From Candidatus Binatia bacterium (GTDB lineage: Bacteria > Desulfobacterota > Binatia > UBA12015), in the NCBI GenBank assembly GCA_036563615.1, contig DATCMB010000006.1, positions 130,149-194,148 of the forward strand: a DNA stretch of 64,000 bases. The letters are read 5' to 3'. A program made the position numbers and the translations under genes. A model generated the notes under the pieces. The model was not told the origin of the DNA. It did not search any database and saw nothing but the letters and a program-made list of their open reading frames with translations. How positions within the stretch are numbered: the first letter of the stretch is position 1; the number at the start of each line of letters is the position of its first letter. Positions 1 to 8,342 of this stretch are shown here, piece by piece.

Positions 1-1
1 C

Positions 2-301
2 ACCGTTGCTGGTGTGTTGCTCGCGCTGCCGGCGGCGGCGCTCGCCTTCCCGGGCGGCCGCGGTCATGGTGATCCCGCCGAGCGCGAGAAGGTCCGCAAC
101 GAGGTGTTCGCCGAGGCGGATGCGAACGGCGACGGCGCGCTCGACCAGAGCGAGTTCGCGACCTTCCACGAGCTGCTGAAGCAGCGCATCGAGCAGAAGC
201 GCTTCGCCAAGCTCGACGCCGACGGCAGCGGCGGCGTGACGCTCTCCGAGCTCGACGCGCACGAGGGCCGTCATCACGGACCGCGCGGTCCCAGGCACTG
301 A
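2..301 (+). CDS. EF-hand calcium-binding domain protein (5' partial; runs off window start)
   Basis: Two canonical EF-hand loops (DANGDGALDQSEF and DADGSGGVTLSEL). The frame stays open to position 2, with a hydrophobic signal-like N-terminus (VAGVLLALPAAALA). Confidence 0.6.
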   Translation, partial: TVAGVLLALPAAALAFPGGRGHGDPAEREKVRNEVFAEADANGDGALDQSEFATFHELLKQRIEQKRFAKLDADGSGGVTLSELDAHEGRHHGPRGPRH

Positions 302-352
302 TCACCGCTCGCGATCCCCTCGAGATCTTCGCTGATCGCCAGCGAGCGGTCG

Positions 353-382
353 CCCGGAGCCCCGTGATCGCGGGGCTCCGGG
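353..382 (+). terminator. Candidate stem-loop in the convergent gap between the EF-hand gene and the esterase gene
   Basis: Perfect 11-nt inverted repeat cccggagcccc / ggggctccggg with an 8-nt loop. The downstream T-tract is weak (ttctttg about 25 nt later). Confidence 0.25.
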
Positions 383-417
383 CCGTCAAGCTGATTCTAC
401 GCTGGTTCTTTGTCGCG

Positions 418-1404
418 CTAGTTCTGCGCGGCGCCGGGCGTCGTGGCTTCCGCCGCCGGCAGCGGGTGCGCGGCGAGGAAGCGCCAGATCCGCTCGGTCG
501 CCGGCGCCGGCCAGCGGTGCGCGAAGTCGCCCTCGCAGTACTCGACGGTGACGTTCGCGCGGCAGCGCTCGGCGCGCTGGCACGTGGTGCCGTTCGCGGA
601 GCTGGTTCCGTCCTCGGCCGGCGAGGTTGCGGGGTCGTCCGGAGCGGCCGATCCAGAGCAGCCGTCGATCGTCTGCCAGGCCGCGAACGCGCGACGCGCC
701 TCGGCGACGTCGATGATCTCGTCGCGCCGTCCGTGGTGGATCAGCACCGGCACCGGACGCGACGGCGCGCAGCGCCACGACAGCCAGCCGCCGCTCACGG
801 GCGCCACCGCGGCGAAGCGGTCGGCGTGCGTGCAGGCGAGGACGTGGCTGAAGAAGCCGCCGTTCGAGAAGCCGGTCGCGAAGACGCGCGCGCGGTCGAT
901 GCAGTAGTCCTGCTCGAGGCGGTCGAGCATCGCGAGCGTGAAGGCGACGTCGCGGTTCGGCGCGAGCGTGCGGATCTCCCAGCCGCGCCCCGAGAACGTC
1001 CGCCCGTCGCGCGTGAAGGACACCTGGTCGCCGTCCGGGTAGACGGTGATGAAGCGCTCCTTTTCGGCGAGGTCCTTGAAGCCCGAGACGTTCCACACGC
1101 CAGCGCCGCTGTGGCCGATGCCGTGGAAGTCGAACAGCAGCGGGACCGGCTCGCCGGCGCGGATCGAGTCGGGGACGTCGAGGACGTAGCTGCGCTCGAG
1201 GCCGTCGACCTCGATGGTCTGCTCGATGCGCCGACCGTGCGTGATCTCGCGACGCGCGCAGCCGGCGCTCGGCCGCGGCGCGACGCGCGCCGCCGCCGTC
1301 TCTTCCGCGGCGCCGAGCGCGTCGTCCGCGCCTGGCGACGGGAGCGTCGAGACCAGGACGACGAGCGCGGTCAGCAGCAGGGCGAGCCGGGCAGCTCGCT
1401 GCAC
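418..1404 (-). CDS. Secreted esterase, PHB-depolymerase family (LpqC-like alpha/beta hydrolase)
   Basis: GFSNGG nucleophile-elbow motif and overall PHB depolymerase/esterase family architecture. Signal peptide RAARLALLLTALVVLVSTLP. The start is probably GTG at 1404, with an alternative GTG at 1440. The longer ORF-track N-terminus is Arg-rich junk. Confidence 0.7.
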   Translation of the reverse strand: MQRAARLALLLTALVVLVSTLPSPGADDALGAAEETAAARVAPRPSAGCARREITHGRRIEQTIEVDGLERSYVLDVPDSIRAGEPVPLLFDFHGIGHSGAGVWNVSGFKDLAEKERFITVYPDGDQVSFTRDGRTFSGRGWEIRTLAPNRDVAFTLAMLDRLEQDYCIDRARVFATGFSNGGFFSHVLACTHADRFAAVAPVSGGWLSWRCAPSRPVPVLIHHGRRDEIIDVAEARRAFAAWQTIDGCSGSAAPDDPATSPAEDGTSSANGTTCQRAERCRANVTVEYCEGDFAHRWPAPATERIWRFLAAHPLPAAEATTPGAAQN

Positions 1405-1436
1405 GCGGTGCCGCTGACCACGCAGAGCACGGACCC

Positions 1437-2423
1437 TCACGCCGGCGGCGTGCCGCGGAACCAGCGCGTCGGGTTCTCGTCGAGCATCGTCCAGATCGCG
1501 CTCTCCTCGACTCCGGCGTCGAGCAGCATCGGGATGATGCGCTCGAAGAGGTGGGTCGGCGTCCAGTTCGGCAGCATGGTCGGGATCAGCGCCGGATCGA
1601 GCACCTGCCCGGGACCGATGATCGGCCGGCCGAGCCACGACGCGCAGATCGTGTCGTGCGACAGGCAGACCTGCTTGCCGAAGCCGTCGCGCACCAGGCT
1701 CGCGATATTCTTGACGCGCACCTCGTCGGGCAAGATGATCGTGATTCCGAGGCGGTCGAAGCCGATGTAGGAGCCGGCGCGCACGATCGCGCGGTGGTAG
1801 TCCGGATCGTCGATGCCGTCCGAGTGCCCGACCAGCAGACGATGCGGCGGCACGCCCTCACCGGTCACGATCTCGATCTGGTCGAGGCCGCACGAGCCTT
1901 CCTGCGTGTGCGAGATCAGCGGCACGTTGCAGCGCTTCGCGGCGCGCGCCGCCGCGACGAGCAGCTTGCGCTCGTACTCCGAGACGTGGTGGTTGCCGGT
2001 CGCGATCTTGATGAGCCCCGCCTTGATGCCGGTGTCGCCGATGCCCTCGGTGATCTCCTTCTCGTAGATCGCCGCGATGTCGTCGAGCGGCAGGTTGGCG
2101 AAGGTGTAGGTCAGACCTTGCTCCTCGAAGTACGCGCCGGTCGTGCAGATGATGCGCATGCCCGACGCCTGCGCGACCTCCGCCATGAACTCCGGGTCGC
2201 GCCCGAGGTCCATGGGGCACGGATCGATGAACGTCTTGACGCCGAACTCCTGCAGGCGGTGCATGGCCTCGATCGCGCGCTTCTTCGCCTCGTTGCGCTC
2301 GAAGCGCGGCGCGAGCGCGTCCATCTGCCAGCCCGGATAGCCGACCAGCAGGTGCTCGTGGACGAGCGTGCGGCCGAGCTCGTCGGGTCGGCAGTTGCCG
2401 GTGACGGTGTTGATCGTGTCCAT
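1437..2423 (-). CDS. Phosphotriesterase-family metal-dependent hydrolase (PTE/aryldialkylphosphatase homology protein)
   Basis: HEHL metal-binding motif near the N-terminus. TIM-barrel PTE-family features span the full length (GxxxxD, HTQ, HxD). Confidence 0.85.
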   Translation of the reverse strand: MDTINTVTGNCRPDELGRTLVHEHLLVGYPGWQMDALAPRFERNEAKKRAIEAMHRLQEFGVKTFIDPCPMDLGRDPEFMAEVAQASGMRIICTTGAYFEEQGLTYTFANLPLDDIAAIYEKEITEGIGDTGIKAGLIKIATGNHHVSEYERKLLVAAARAAKRCNVPLISHTQEGSCGLDQIEIVTGEGVPPHRLLVGHSDGIDDPDYHRAIVRAGSYIGFDRLGITIILPDEVRVKNIASLVRDGFGKQVCLSHDTICASWLGRPIIGPGQVLDPALIPTMLPNWTPTHLFERIIPMLLDAGVEESAIWTMLDENPTRWFRGTPPA

Positions 2424-2504
2424 GGCTCGGCAGTAGAGCCCCGGGTCGGGCCGCTTGTCTAGCCCCGCGGGAAAGTGGGAGGACGACGGGCGGAGGGTTG
2501 CGCC

Positions 2505-3716
2505 ATGCCGTTACCTCTCGAAGGGATCCGCGTCCTCGACTGGACGATCTGGCAGCAGGGGCCGATCTCCGCGATGATGCTCTCCGACCTCGGCGCGGAC
2601 GTCATCAAGATCGAGGAGCGCACGAGCGGCGACCCGGGGCGCGGCGTCCTGCGCGCGTCGGGGCTCGACCTCTCGAGCAGCCCGAACTTCTACTTCGAGG
2701 CCAACAACCGCGGAAAGCGCAGCATCGCGGTCGATCTCAAGCAGCCCGAGGGCCGCGAGATCGTGCACGAGCTCGCGAAGCGCGCCGACGTCTTCGTGCA
2801 GAACTTCCGCCCCGGCGCCGCCGAGCGCGCTGGCCTCGACTACGCGACGCTGCGCGAGCTCAACCCGCGCCTGATCTACGCGAACGGCAGCGGCTTCGGC
2901 CGCAAGGGGCCGGACGCCGAGCGTCCGTGCATGGACTACCTCGGGCTCGCGCGCTCCGGGATCATGAACGCGGTCGGCGAGCCGGGCTCGCCGCCGCTCG
3001 CGATCCAGGGCGCGATCGCCGATCAGATGGCGGGCACGATGCTCGCGTTCGGCATCGTCACTGCGCTGCTCGCACGCGAGCGCTTCGGCATCGGCCAGGA
3101 GGTCGACGTGTCGCTGCTCGGCGCGATGACCTGGCTGCAGGGGCTGTCGATGTCGTCGCGTCTCATGCTGGGCGGCGAGATGCCGCGCTTCTCGCGTCGC
3201 TACGCGTTCAACCCGCTGTGGAACCACTACCGCTGCAAGGACGACAAGTGGATCGCCTTCGCGATGGCCCAGGCGGATCGCTGGTGGAAGGACTTCGTGC
3301 GCGTGCTCGGCCGTCCCGAGCTCGCCGACGACGAGCGCTTCGCGACCATGATCGGCCGCGGCATGCACGCCGGCGAGCTGATCGGCATCTTCGACGAGGT
3401 GTTCGCGACGCGCACGCGCGACGAGTGGATGCGCGCCTTCCGTGAAGGCGGCGACTTCATCTTCACGCAGGTGAACAGCGTGAGCGACCTGCCCGACGAT
3501 CCGCAGGTGCGCGCCAACGGCATGATCGCCGCCGTGCAGCATCCGGCGCACGGCATGGTCGAGATGCTGAACCTGCCGATCGGGCTGTCGGAGACGCCGC
3601 CGCGCATCCAGGGGCCGGCGCCGGAGTTCGGCCAGCACACCGAGCAGGTGCTGGTCGAGGAGCTCGGCTGGTCGTGGGAGCGCGTCGCCGCGCTGAAGGA
3701 GCGGCAGGTCGTCTGA
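2505..3716 (+). CDS. CoA-transferase family III (CaiB/BaiF-like)
   Basis: N-terminal GIRVLDW...GP...LGADVIKIE signature of family III CoA transferases. GGAGGG Shine-Dalgarno sits before the ATG at 2505. Divergent from the PTE gene. Confidence 0.85.
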   Translation: MPLPLEGIRVLDWTIWQQGPISAMMLSDLGADVIKIEERTSGDPGRGVLRASGLDLSSSPNFYFEANNRGKRSIAVDLKQPEGREIVHELAKRADVFVQNFRPGAAERAGLDYATLRELNPRLIYANGSGFGRKGPDAERPCMDYLGLARSGIMNAVGEPGSPPLAIQGAIADQMAGTMLAFGIVTALLARERFGIGQEVDVSLLGAMTWLQGLSMSSRLMLGGEMPRFSRRYAFNPLWNHYRCKDDKWIAFAMAQADRWWKDFVRVLGRPELADDERFATMIGRGMHAGELIGIFDEVFATRTRDEWMRAFREGGDFIFTQVNSVSDLPDDPQVRANGMIAAVQHPAHGMVEMLNLPIGLSETPPRIQGPAPEFGQHTEQVLVEELGWSWERVAALKERQVV

Positions 3717-3754
3717 TCGTGCGCGCTCGTGCTCGCGCCGCGCGGCGGCGCTCC

Positions 3755-4168
3755 GTGTCACGTCTGAGTTTGCATCTCGCGCACGTCGCGCTCGTGCTCG
3801 TCGCGCTGCTCGCGGCGGGCTGCGGCCCGACGATCGCGCGCGTCGCCAACCCCGCGGCGCCGAAGTGCCAGGAGAGCCTGCGCGACGCCTTCGCGCTGAT
3901 CCTGGTCGGTCAGGACGAGAAGGTCGAGGTCGCGGAGGAGCTCGCCGACACCGCGACGGAGTACCTCACCGAGAACGAGCTCGGCCCACGCCCGTTCATC
4001 GTGTCGTCGCCGTCGGGGACGGACTACGCGTTCTTCTTCGACGACGAGCGCAACCCGTCGCGCTGCCTGCTGCGTCTCGTGTCGTGGCGCAAGGGCCTCG
4101 TGCAGTACACCAACCACGTCACCTACATCGCGACCCGTCCGCTGCCCGGCTGCAAGTGCGAGCGCTGA
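3755..4168 (+). CDS. Hypothetical lipoprotein
   Basis: Signal peptide with an LAAGC lipobox. The downstream part is protein-like and non-repetitive. The start (GTG at 3755) is uncertain. Confidence 0.45.
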   Translation: MSRLSLHLAHVALVLVALLAAGCGPTIARVANPAAPKCQESLRDAFALILVGQDEKVEVAEELADTATEYLTENELGPRPFIVSSPSGTDYAFFFDDERNPSRCLLRLVSWRKGLVQYTNHVTYIATRPLPGCKCER

Positions 4169-4202
4169 CGTCGCGCGCGCGACGGCGGCTGATTCCGTAG
4201 CG

Positions 4203-4640
4203 TCAAGCAGCGACGCGATCGACCGCGACGACCAGGAGCGTGGCGCTCGCGGTCGCGACGATCGCATCGTTCGCGTCGCTCAGCGTCGCCTCGAGAAAGA
4301 CCAGATCGCCGTCGCGGTGCACGATGCGTCCCCGACCGACCAGCCGGCCCGGCGCCGCCTGGCGCCGGAAGCTCGTCTTGAGCTCGATCGTCTGAACTGC
4401 TCGGGCTCGAGCGTCGCGAGCAACGCCGGGCCGACGGTGTCGTAGAGCATCGCCGCGAGGAACCCGCCGAGCACGTCACCGAACGGTGTGGTGAACGCGT
4501 GCGGCGCCGCGAACGCGAGCTCGATCGTGCCGCGCTCGGGATCGACGTCGAGCACCTCGAGCCCGAGCGTCGCGGCCGCCGGCGGCAGCGGCGCACGTCC
4601 CGCGACGGCGTCCCAGAATGGACCGATGCGTTGCTTCATC
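4203..4640 (-). pseudogene. PaaI/hotdog-fold thioesterase interrupted by a single-nucleotide frameshift near 4392-4398
   Basis: MKQRIGPFWD...GFLAAMLYDTVGPALLATLEPEQF in one frame continues as TIELKTSFRRQAAPGRLVGRGRIVHRDGDLVFLEATLSDANDAIVATASATLLVVAV in the -1 frame, ending at the tca at 4203-4205. Together the two parts make a complete thioesterase. Confidence 0.6.
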
Positions 4641-4799
4641 GTGCGACCTCCTGGTTGCGGCTGCCGACGCGCGGGAGCATGCGCACGTCGGCAGCAAATC
4701 CGCTGCCGCGCCGCCGCCCCTTCGTCGCAGGACGCTCGTTCCCACAGCGCGCGCGATGTGGCGTCATGAGCTCGCTGCACGCGGCAGGAGGGAAGCGAG

Positions 4800-5102
4800 A
4801 TGCCGGTCTACATCGTCAATAACATGACCATTCACGACCGCGCGGCCTACGACACCTACGTGCGCGGCTTCATGGACGTGTTCCGCAAGTTCAACGGCGA
4901 GGTGCTCGCGGTCGCCGATGCGCCGCAGCCGGTCGAGGGCGAGTGGCCGTGGGATCGCACGGCGCTGCTGCGCTTCCCGAGCCGCGAGGACGCCGAGCGC
5001 TGGGCGCAGTCGCCGGAGTATCAGGAGATCGCGCAGCACCGTCACCGCGGCACGAAGAGCAACGTCGTCATCCTGGACGGCTTTCCGGCGCCGGCGCGGT
5101 GA
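4800..5102 (+). CDS. DUF1330 domain protein
   Basis: 100-aa protein with the conserved DUF1330 pattern (YIVNNMTIHD...Y...V...GG..L). Confidence 0.8.
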   Translation: MPVYIVNNMTIHDRAAYDTYVRGFMDVFRKFNGEVLAVADAPQPVEGEWPWDRTALLRFPSREDAERWAQSPEYQEIAQHRHRGTKSNVVILDGFPAPAR

Positions 5103-5190
5103 GCGACGCGGCGCGTTCGCGGGGCGTGCGTGCGCGCCGGCGAGGGCGCGCGGCGTTCGAGGACGGCGTCCGCGCGCGGGAGACGGCACG

Positions 5191-5619
5191 ATGAAGGAGC
5201 TGCCGACCTGGCTGCGTGTCGCGCTGCTCGCGACCGCGGTGATGAACGTCGCGGCGGCGCCGGCCTTCCTGCCCGCGGGAGAATCGCTGCGCGTGCGCCT
5301 CGGCTTTCCGCCGGGCGGCGAGCCGTTCTACCTCGTGCTCTCCGGGCTGTTCGTGCTGCTGTTCGGCCTCGGCTACCTGTGGAGCGGCGTCACCGGTCGC
5401 GCCGACCGGACGTTCCTGCTCGTCGCGGGCGTCGGCAAGTGCGCCTTCTTCCTGCTGCTCGCGGGCTTCTGGCTCGCGGGCGCCTTGCCGTCGCGCGCGC
5501 CGCTCCTCGGCGTCGCCGACCTCGTCTTCGGCGTCCTCTTCCTCGGCTGGCTTGCGAGTGGGCGCACGCGTCCCGACGCCGCGGAGCGGGTCGCGCGCGC
5601 GGTGGCGGGTCGCCGTTGA
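5191..5619 (+). CDS. Hypothetical integral membrane protein (about 4 TM)
   Basis: Hydrophobic helices beginning at MKELPTWLRVALLATAVMNV. The longer ORF-track N-terminus is Arg-rich junk. Confidence 0.5.
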   Translation: MKELPTWLRVALLATAVMNVAAAPAFLPAGESLRVRLGFPPGGEPFYLVLSGLFVLLFGLGYLWSGVTGRADRTFLLVAGVGKCAFFLLLAGFWLAGALPSRAPLLGVADLVFGVLFLGWLASGRTRPDAAERVARAVAGRR

Positions 5620-5795
5620 CGCCGCGAGCGGGTGCCGCCGACGCTGCGCTGCCGCCGAGCTTGCGTCGCCGCGCGACGCCTCGCGGTCGCACGCGGCGCG
5701 GGCGCTGCCGAGTGTCGCCCGTCTCACGCTCGTCGTCCTCGCGATGCCGCCGCGGCTTGAACCGGACGACGCGCCGGAGGAAAGTGCCGCCGCCG

Positions 5796-6191
5796 ATGAG
5801 CCCGTCTGGCAGCACGACCGACGCCAACGACCCGCGCGTCTACTTCGCGGCCGAGCGCACGCTGCTCGCATGGATCCGTACCGGGTTGACGGTCATCGGG
5901 CTCGGCTTCGTGATCGCGCGCTTCGGCGTGTTCCTGCGCATCGCCGCGCGCGAGGGCGTCGTCAACGACCCGCCCGCCACCTCGACGGCGCTCGGCGTGG
6001 CGTTCGTCGTCCTGGGCTCGCTCGCGATCGCGGTGGGCGTCGTGCAGTTCGCGCGCTTCGCGCGCGCGTTGCCGGACGACGCGGTGCCGCGTCCCTACGC
6101 GACGAGCTGGCCGGTGTGGTTCGCGTGGCTCTTGACGGCGACCGGCGCGGTCCTCGCTGGCTACCTGCTGGTGCGCAGCCAGGTCCTCTGA
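5796..6191 (+). CDS. DUF202 (YidH-family) membrane protein
   Basis: ERTLLAWIRTGL motif diagnostic of DUF202, followed by TM helices. ATG at 5796. Confidence 0.75.
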   Translation: MSPSGSTTDANDPRVYFAAERTLLAWIRTGLTVIGLGFVIARFGVFLRIAAREGVVNDPPATSTALGVAFVVLGSLAIAVGVVQFARFARALPDDAVPRPYATSWPVWFAWLLTATGAVLAGYLLVRSQVL

Positions 6192-6333
6192 CGTGGCGCG
6201 GTACCTCGTCCGTGCTGCACGACCGGAGGGACCCCGCCGGCCGCGGCTCGAGCTCGACCTGCGCCGGGCGTGAGGTCGCACCGGCGCCGGTCGCCGAAGC
6301 TGGCGCCGGGATCAAGCGGAAGCCGACGTCAAC

Positions 6334-8259
6334 CTAAAGTGCGGCGGAGCGTCCGCCGGCCGCTTCCGTCGCCTGCGCCGGCGGCGGCGTGAAGCCGCCG
6401 AGCGCCGCGACGCGCACGGCGAGATTGCTCGCGCGTACGTCCTGCGGCGCGACCGGCTCTCCGATCACGAGCGTGATGCGCGACCAGAAGCGGCGGAACG
6501 GCCGCCGCATCGCCTTGCCGCCCTTGCGGCTGAAGAAGCTGCCCCACATCCCGACCAGCGCCATCGGGATCACCGGCACCGGCGTGCGCGCGACGATCTT
6601 CTCGATCCCCGGCTTGAAGGGATTCATCTCGCCGTCCGACGTGATCTTGCCCTCGGGGAAGATGCACACGAGCTCGCCGGCCTCGAGCTCGCGCGCGACC
6701 GCGTCGAACGCCGCCCGCATCGTCGACACGCTCTCGTGCGCCGGCGCGATCGGGATCGCCTTCGCGTCGCGGAAGAACCAGCCGAGCAGCGGGTTGCGGA
6801 AGAAGCCGTGGTACATGACGAAGCGGATCGGCCGCTTGCACGCGCTCGCGACGATGAGCCAGTCGACGAAGCTCACGTGGTTGCAGACCAGCACCGCGGG
6901 ACCCCGTTCGGGGATGTGCTCGCGGCCGACCACCCGGAGCCGGTACATGACGCTCGCGACGATCCAGGCGACGAAGCGGAAGAAGAACTCCGGCAGCGTG
7001 CGGTAGACGTAGAACGACGCCGCCGCGTTGAGCACGGCGAGCACGAGAAAGATCTGCGGGTGCGACAGCTCGAGCCCGTACAGCGCACCGAGCAGCCCCG
7101 CCCCGGCCACCATGAAGCCGGCGCTCACGATGTTGAGACCCGCGATGACGCGCGAGCGCTCCGCGGCGTCGGTGCGCTCCTGGACGAAGGTCATCAGCGG
7201 CACGATGAAGAAGCCGCTGAACAGCGCCATCAGCAGCAGGTCGAGCGTGATCCGGACGCCGCCCGGGCGCGCGAGGAACTCGGAGACCGAGAGCAGCTTC
7301 TCCGGCGCCGTCGCCGGCGCGCCGACCAGGAACAGGTCGAGCGCGAACAGCGTCATGCCGAGCGAGCCGAGCGGCACCAGCCCGAGCTCGAGCTTGCCGC
7401 TCGAGAGCCGCTCGCAGAGCAGCGAGCCGACGCCGATGCCGACGCAGAACGAGGCGAGGAAGAGTGTCGTGACGGGCTCGGCGCCGTGCAGCGCGTTGCG
7501 GGTGTAGGTCGGCAGCATCGACAGGACGACCGAGCCGTAGAGCCAGAACCACGACGCGCCGAGCACGGCGAGGAACACCGAGCGAATGCGGCGCGTGTGG
7601 CGGATCATCTCGAGCGTCGGCCGAAGCGGGCGCTTCGAGATGCGCAGCGTCGGATTCTGTGCCGCCAGGGCCGGCACGAGCCAGCTCGTGCACACCCCCA
7701 CGAGCGACGTCGCGAGCATCACCCCGCCGAGCACGTGCAGGCCGACATCGCCCTGCGAGACCGCGACCGTGCCGCCGATCGTGCCGAGCAGGATCGCGAG
7801 GAAGGTCCCCATCTCGACGAGCGCGTTGCCGCCGACCAGCTCGTCCTCGCGCAGCAGCTGCGGCAGGATGCTGTACTTGACGGGGCCGAAGAAGCTCGAG
7901 TGCGTGCCCATCAGGAACAGCGCCGCGAGCAGCAGCCAGAGGTCCTGCGTCCAGAACCCGGCCAGCGCGACGCACATGATCCCGATCTCGGCCACCTTGA
8001 CGGCGCGCACGATGCGGTGCTTCGGGAAGCGATCGGCGAGCTCGCCGGCGACCGCCGAGAACAGGAAGAAGGGCAGGATGAAGATCCCGCTGCACAGGGC
8101 GACGAGCGTCTCGGGCGGAATCCCGAGCACCGTCATCGCGCGGTAGGTGATCAGGACCGCGAGCGCGTTCTTGAGCAGGTTGTCGTTGAACGCGCCGAGC
8201 AGCTGCGTCCAGAAGAGGCCGGCGAAGCGGCGTATGCGCAGCAGCTCGAGCTGGCTCAT
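6334..8259 (-). CDS. lplT: Lysophospholipid transporter LplT (MFS) fused to a PlsC-type 1-acyl-glycerol-3-phosphate/2-acyl-GPE acyltransferase domain
   Basis: N-terminal 12-TM MFS domain, then a C-terminal acyltransferase domain with the HX4D motif (NHVSFVDW) and FPEG motif. No AMP-binding (acyl-ACP synthetase) domain is present. Confidence 0.8.
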   Translation of the reverse strand: MSQLELLRIRRFAGLFWTQLLGAFNDNLLKNALAVLITYRAMTVLGIPPETLVALCSGIFILPFFLFSAVAGELADRFPKHRIVRAVKVAEIGIMCVALAGFWTQDLWLLLAALFLMGTHSSFFGPVKYSILPQLLREDELVGGNALVEMGTFLAILLGTIGGTVAVSQGDVGLHVLGGVMLATSLVGVCTSWLVPALAAQNPTLRISKRPLRPTLEMIRHTRRIRSVFLAVLGASWFWLYGSVVLSMLPTYTRNALHGAEPVTTLFLASFCVGIGVGSLLCERLSSGKLELGLVPLGSLGMTLFALDLFLVGAPATAPEKLLSVSEFLARPGGVRITLDLLLMALFSGFFIVPLMTFVQERTDAAERSRVIAGLNIVSAGFMVAGAGLLGALYGLELSHPQIFLVLAVLNAAASFYVYRTLPEFFFRFVAWIVASVMYRLRVVGREHIPERGPAVLVCNHVSFVDWLIVASACKRPIRFVMYHGFFRNPLLGWFFRDAKAIPIAPAHESVSTMRAAFDAVARELEAGELVCIFPEGKITSDGEMNPFKPGIEKIVARTPVPVIPMALVGMWGSFFSRKGGKAMRRPFRRFWSRITLVIGEPVAPQDVRASNLAVRVAALGGFTPPPAQATEAAGGRSAAL

Positions 8260-8342
8260 CGGGGAGGTCGCTCCTGCCGTCGATAGCGGGAATGCGGCGC
8301 TAGGTCACGGAGCGCGCGCTCCGCGCCTAGCGCCGCGACCTC

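Noticed and set aside
364-1770. 468-aa + strand ORF overlapping the esterase and PTE genes
   Set aside because: Arg/Ala-rich low-complexity translation typical of the antisense frame in high-GC DNA. The opposite strand encodes recognisable PHB-depolymerase-type and PTE proteins.
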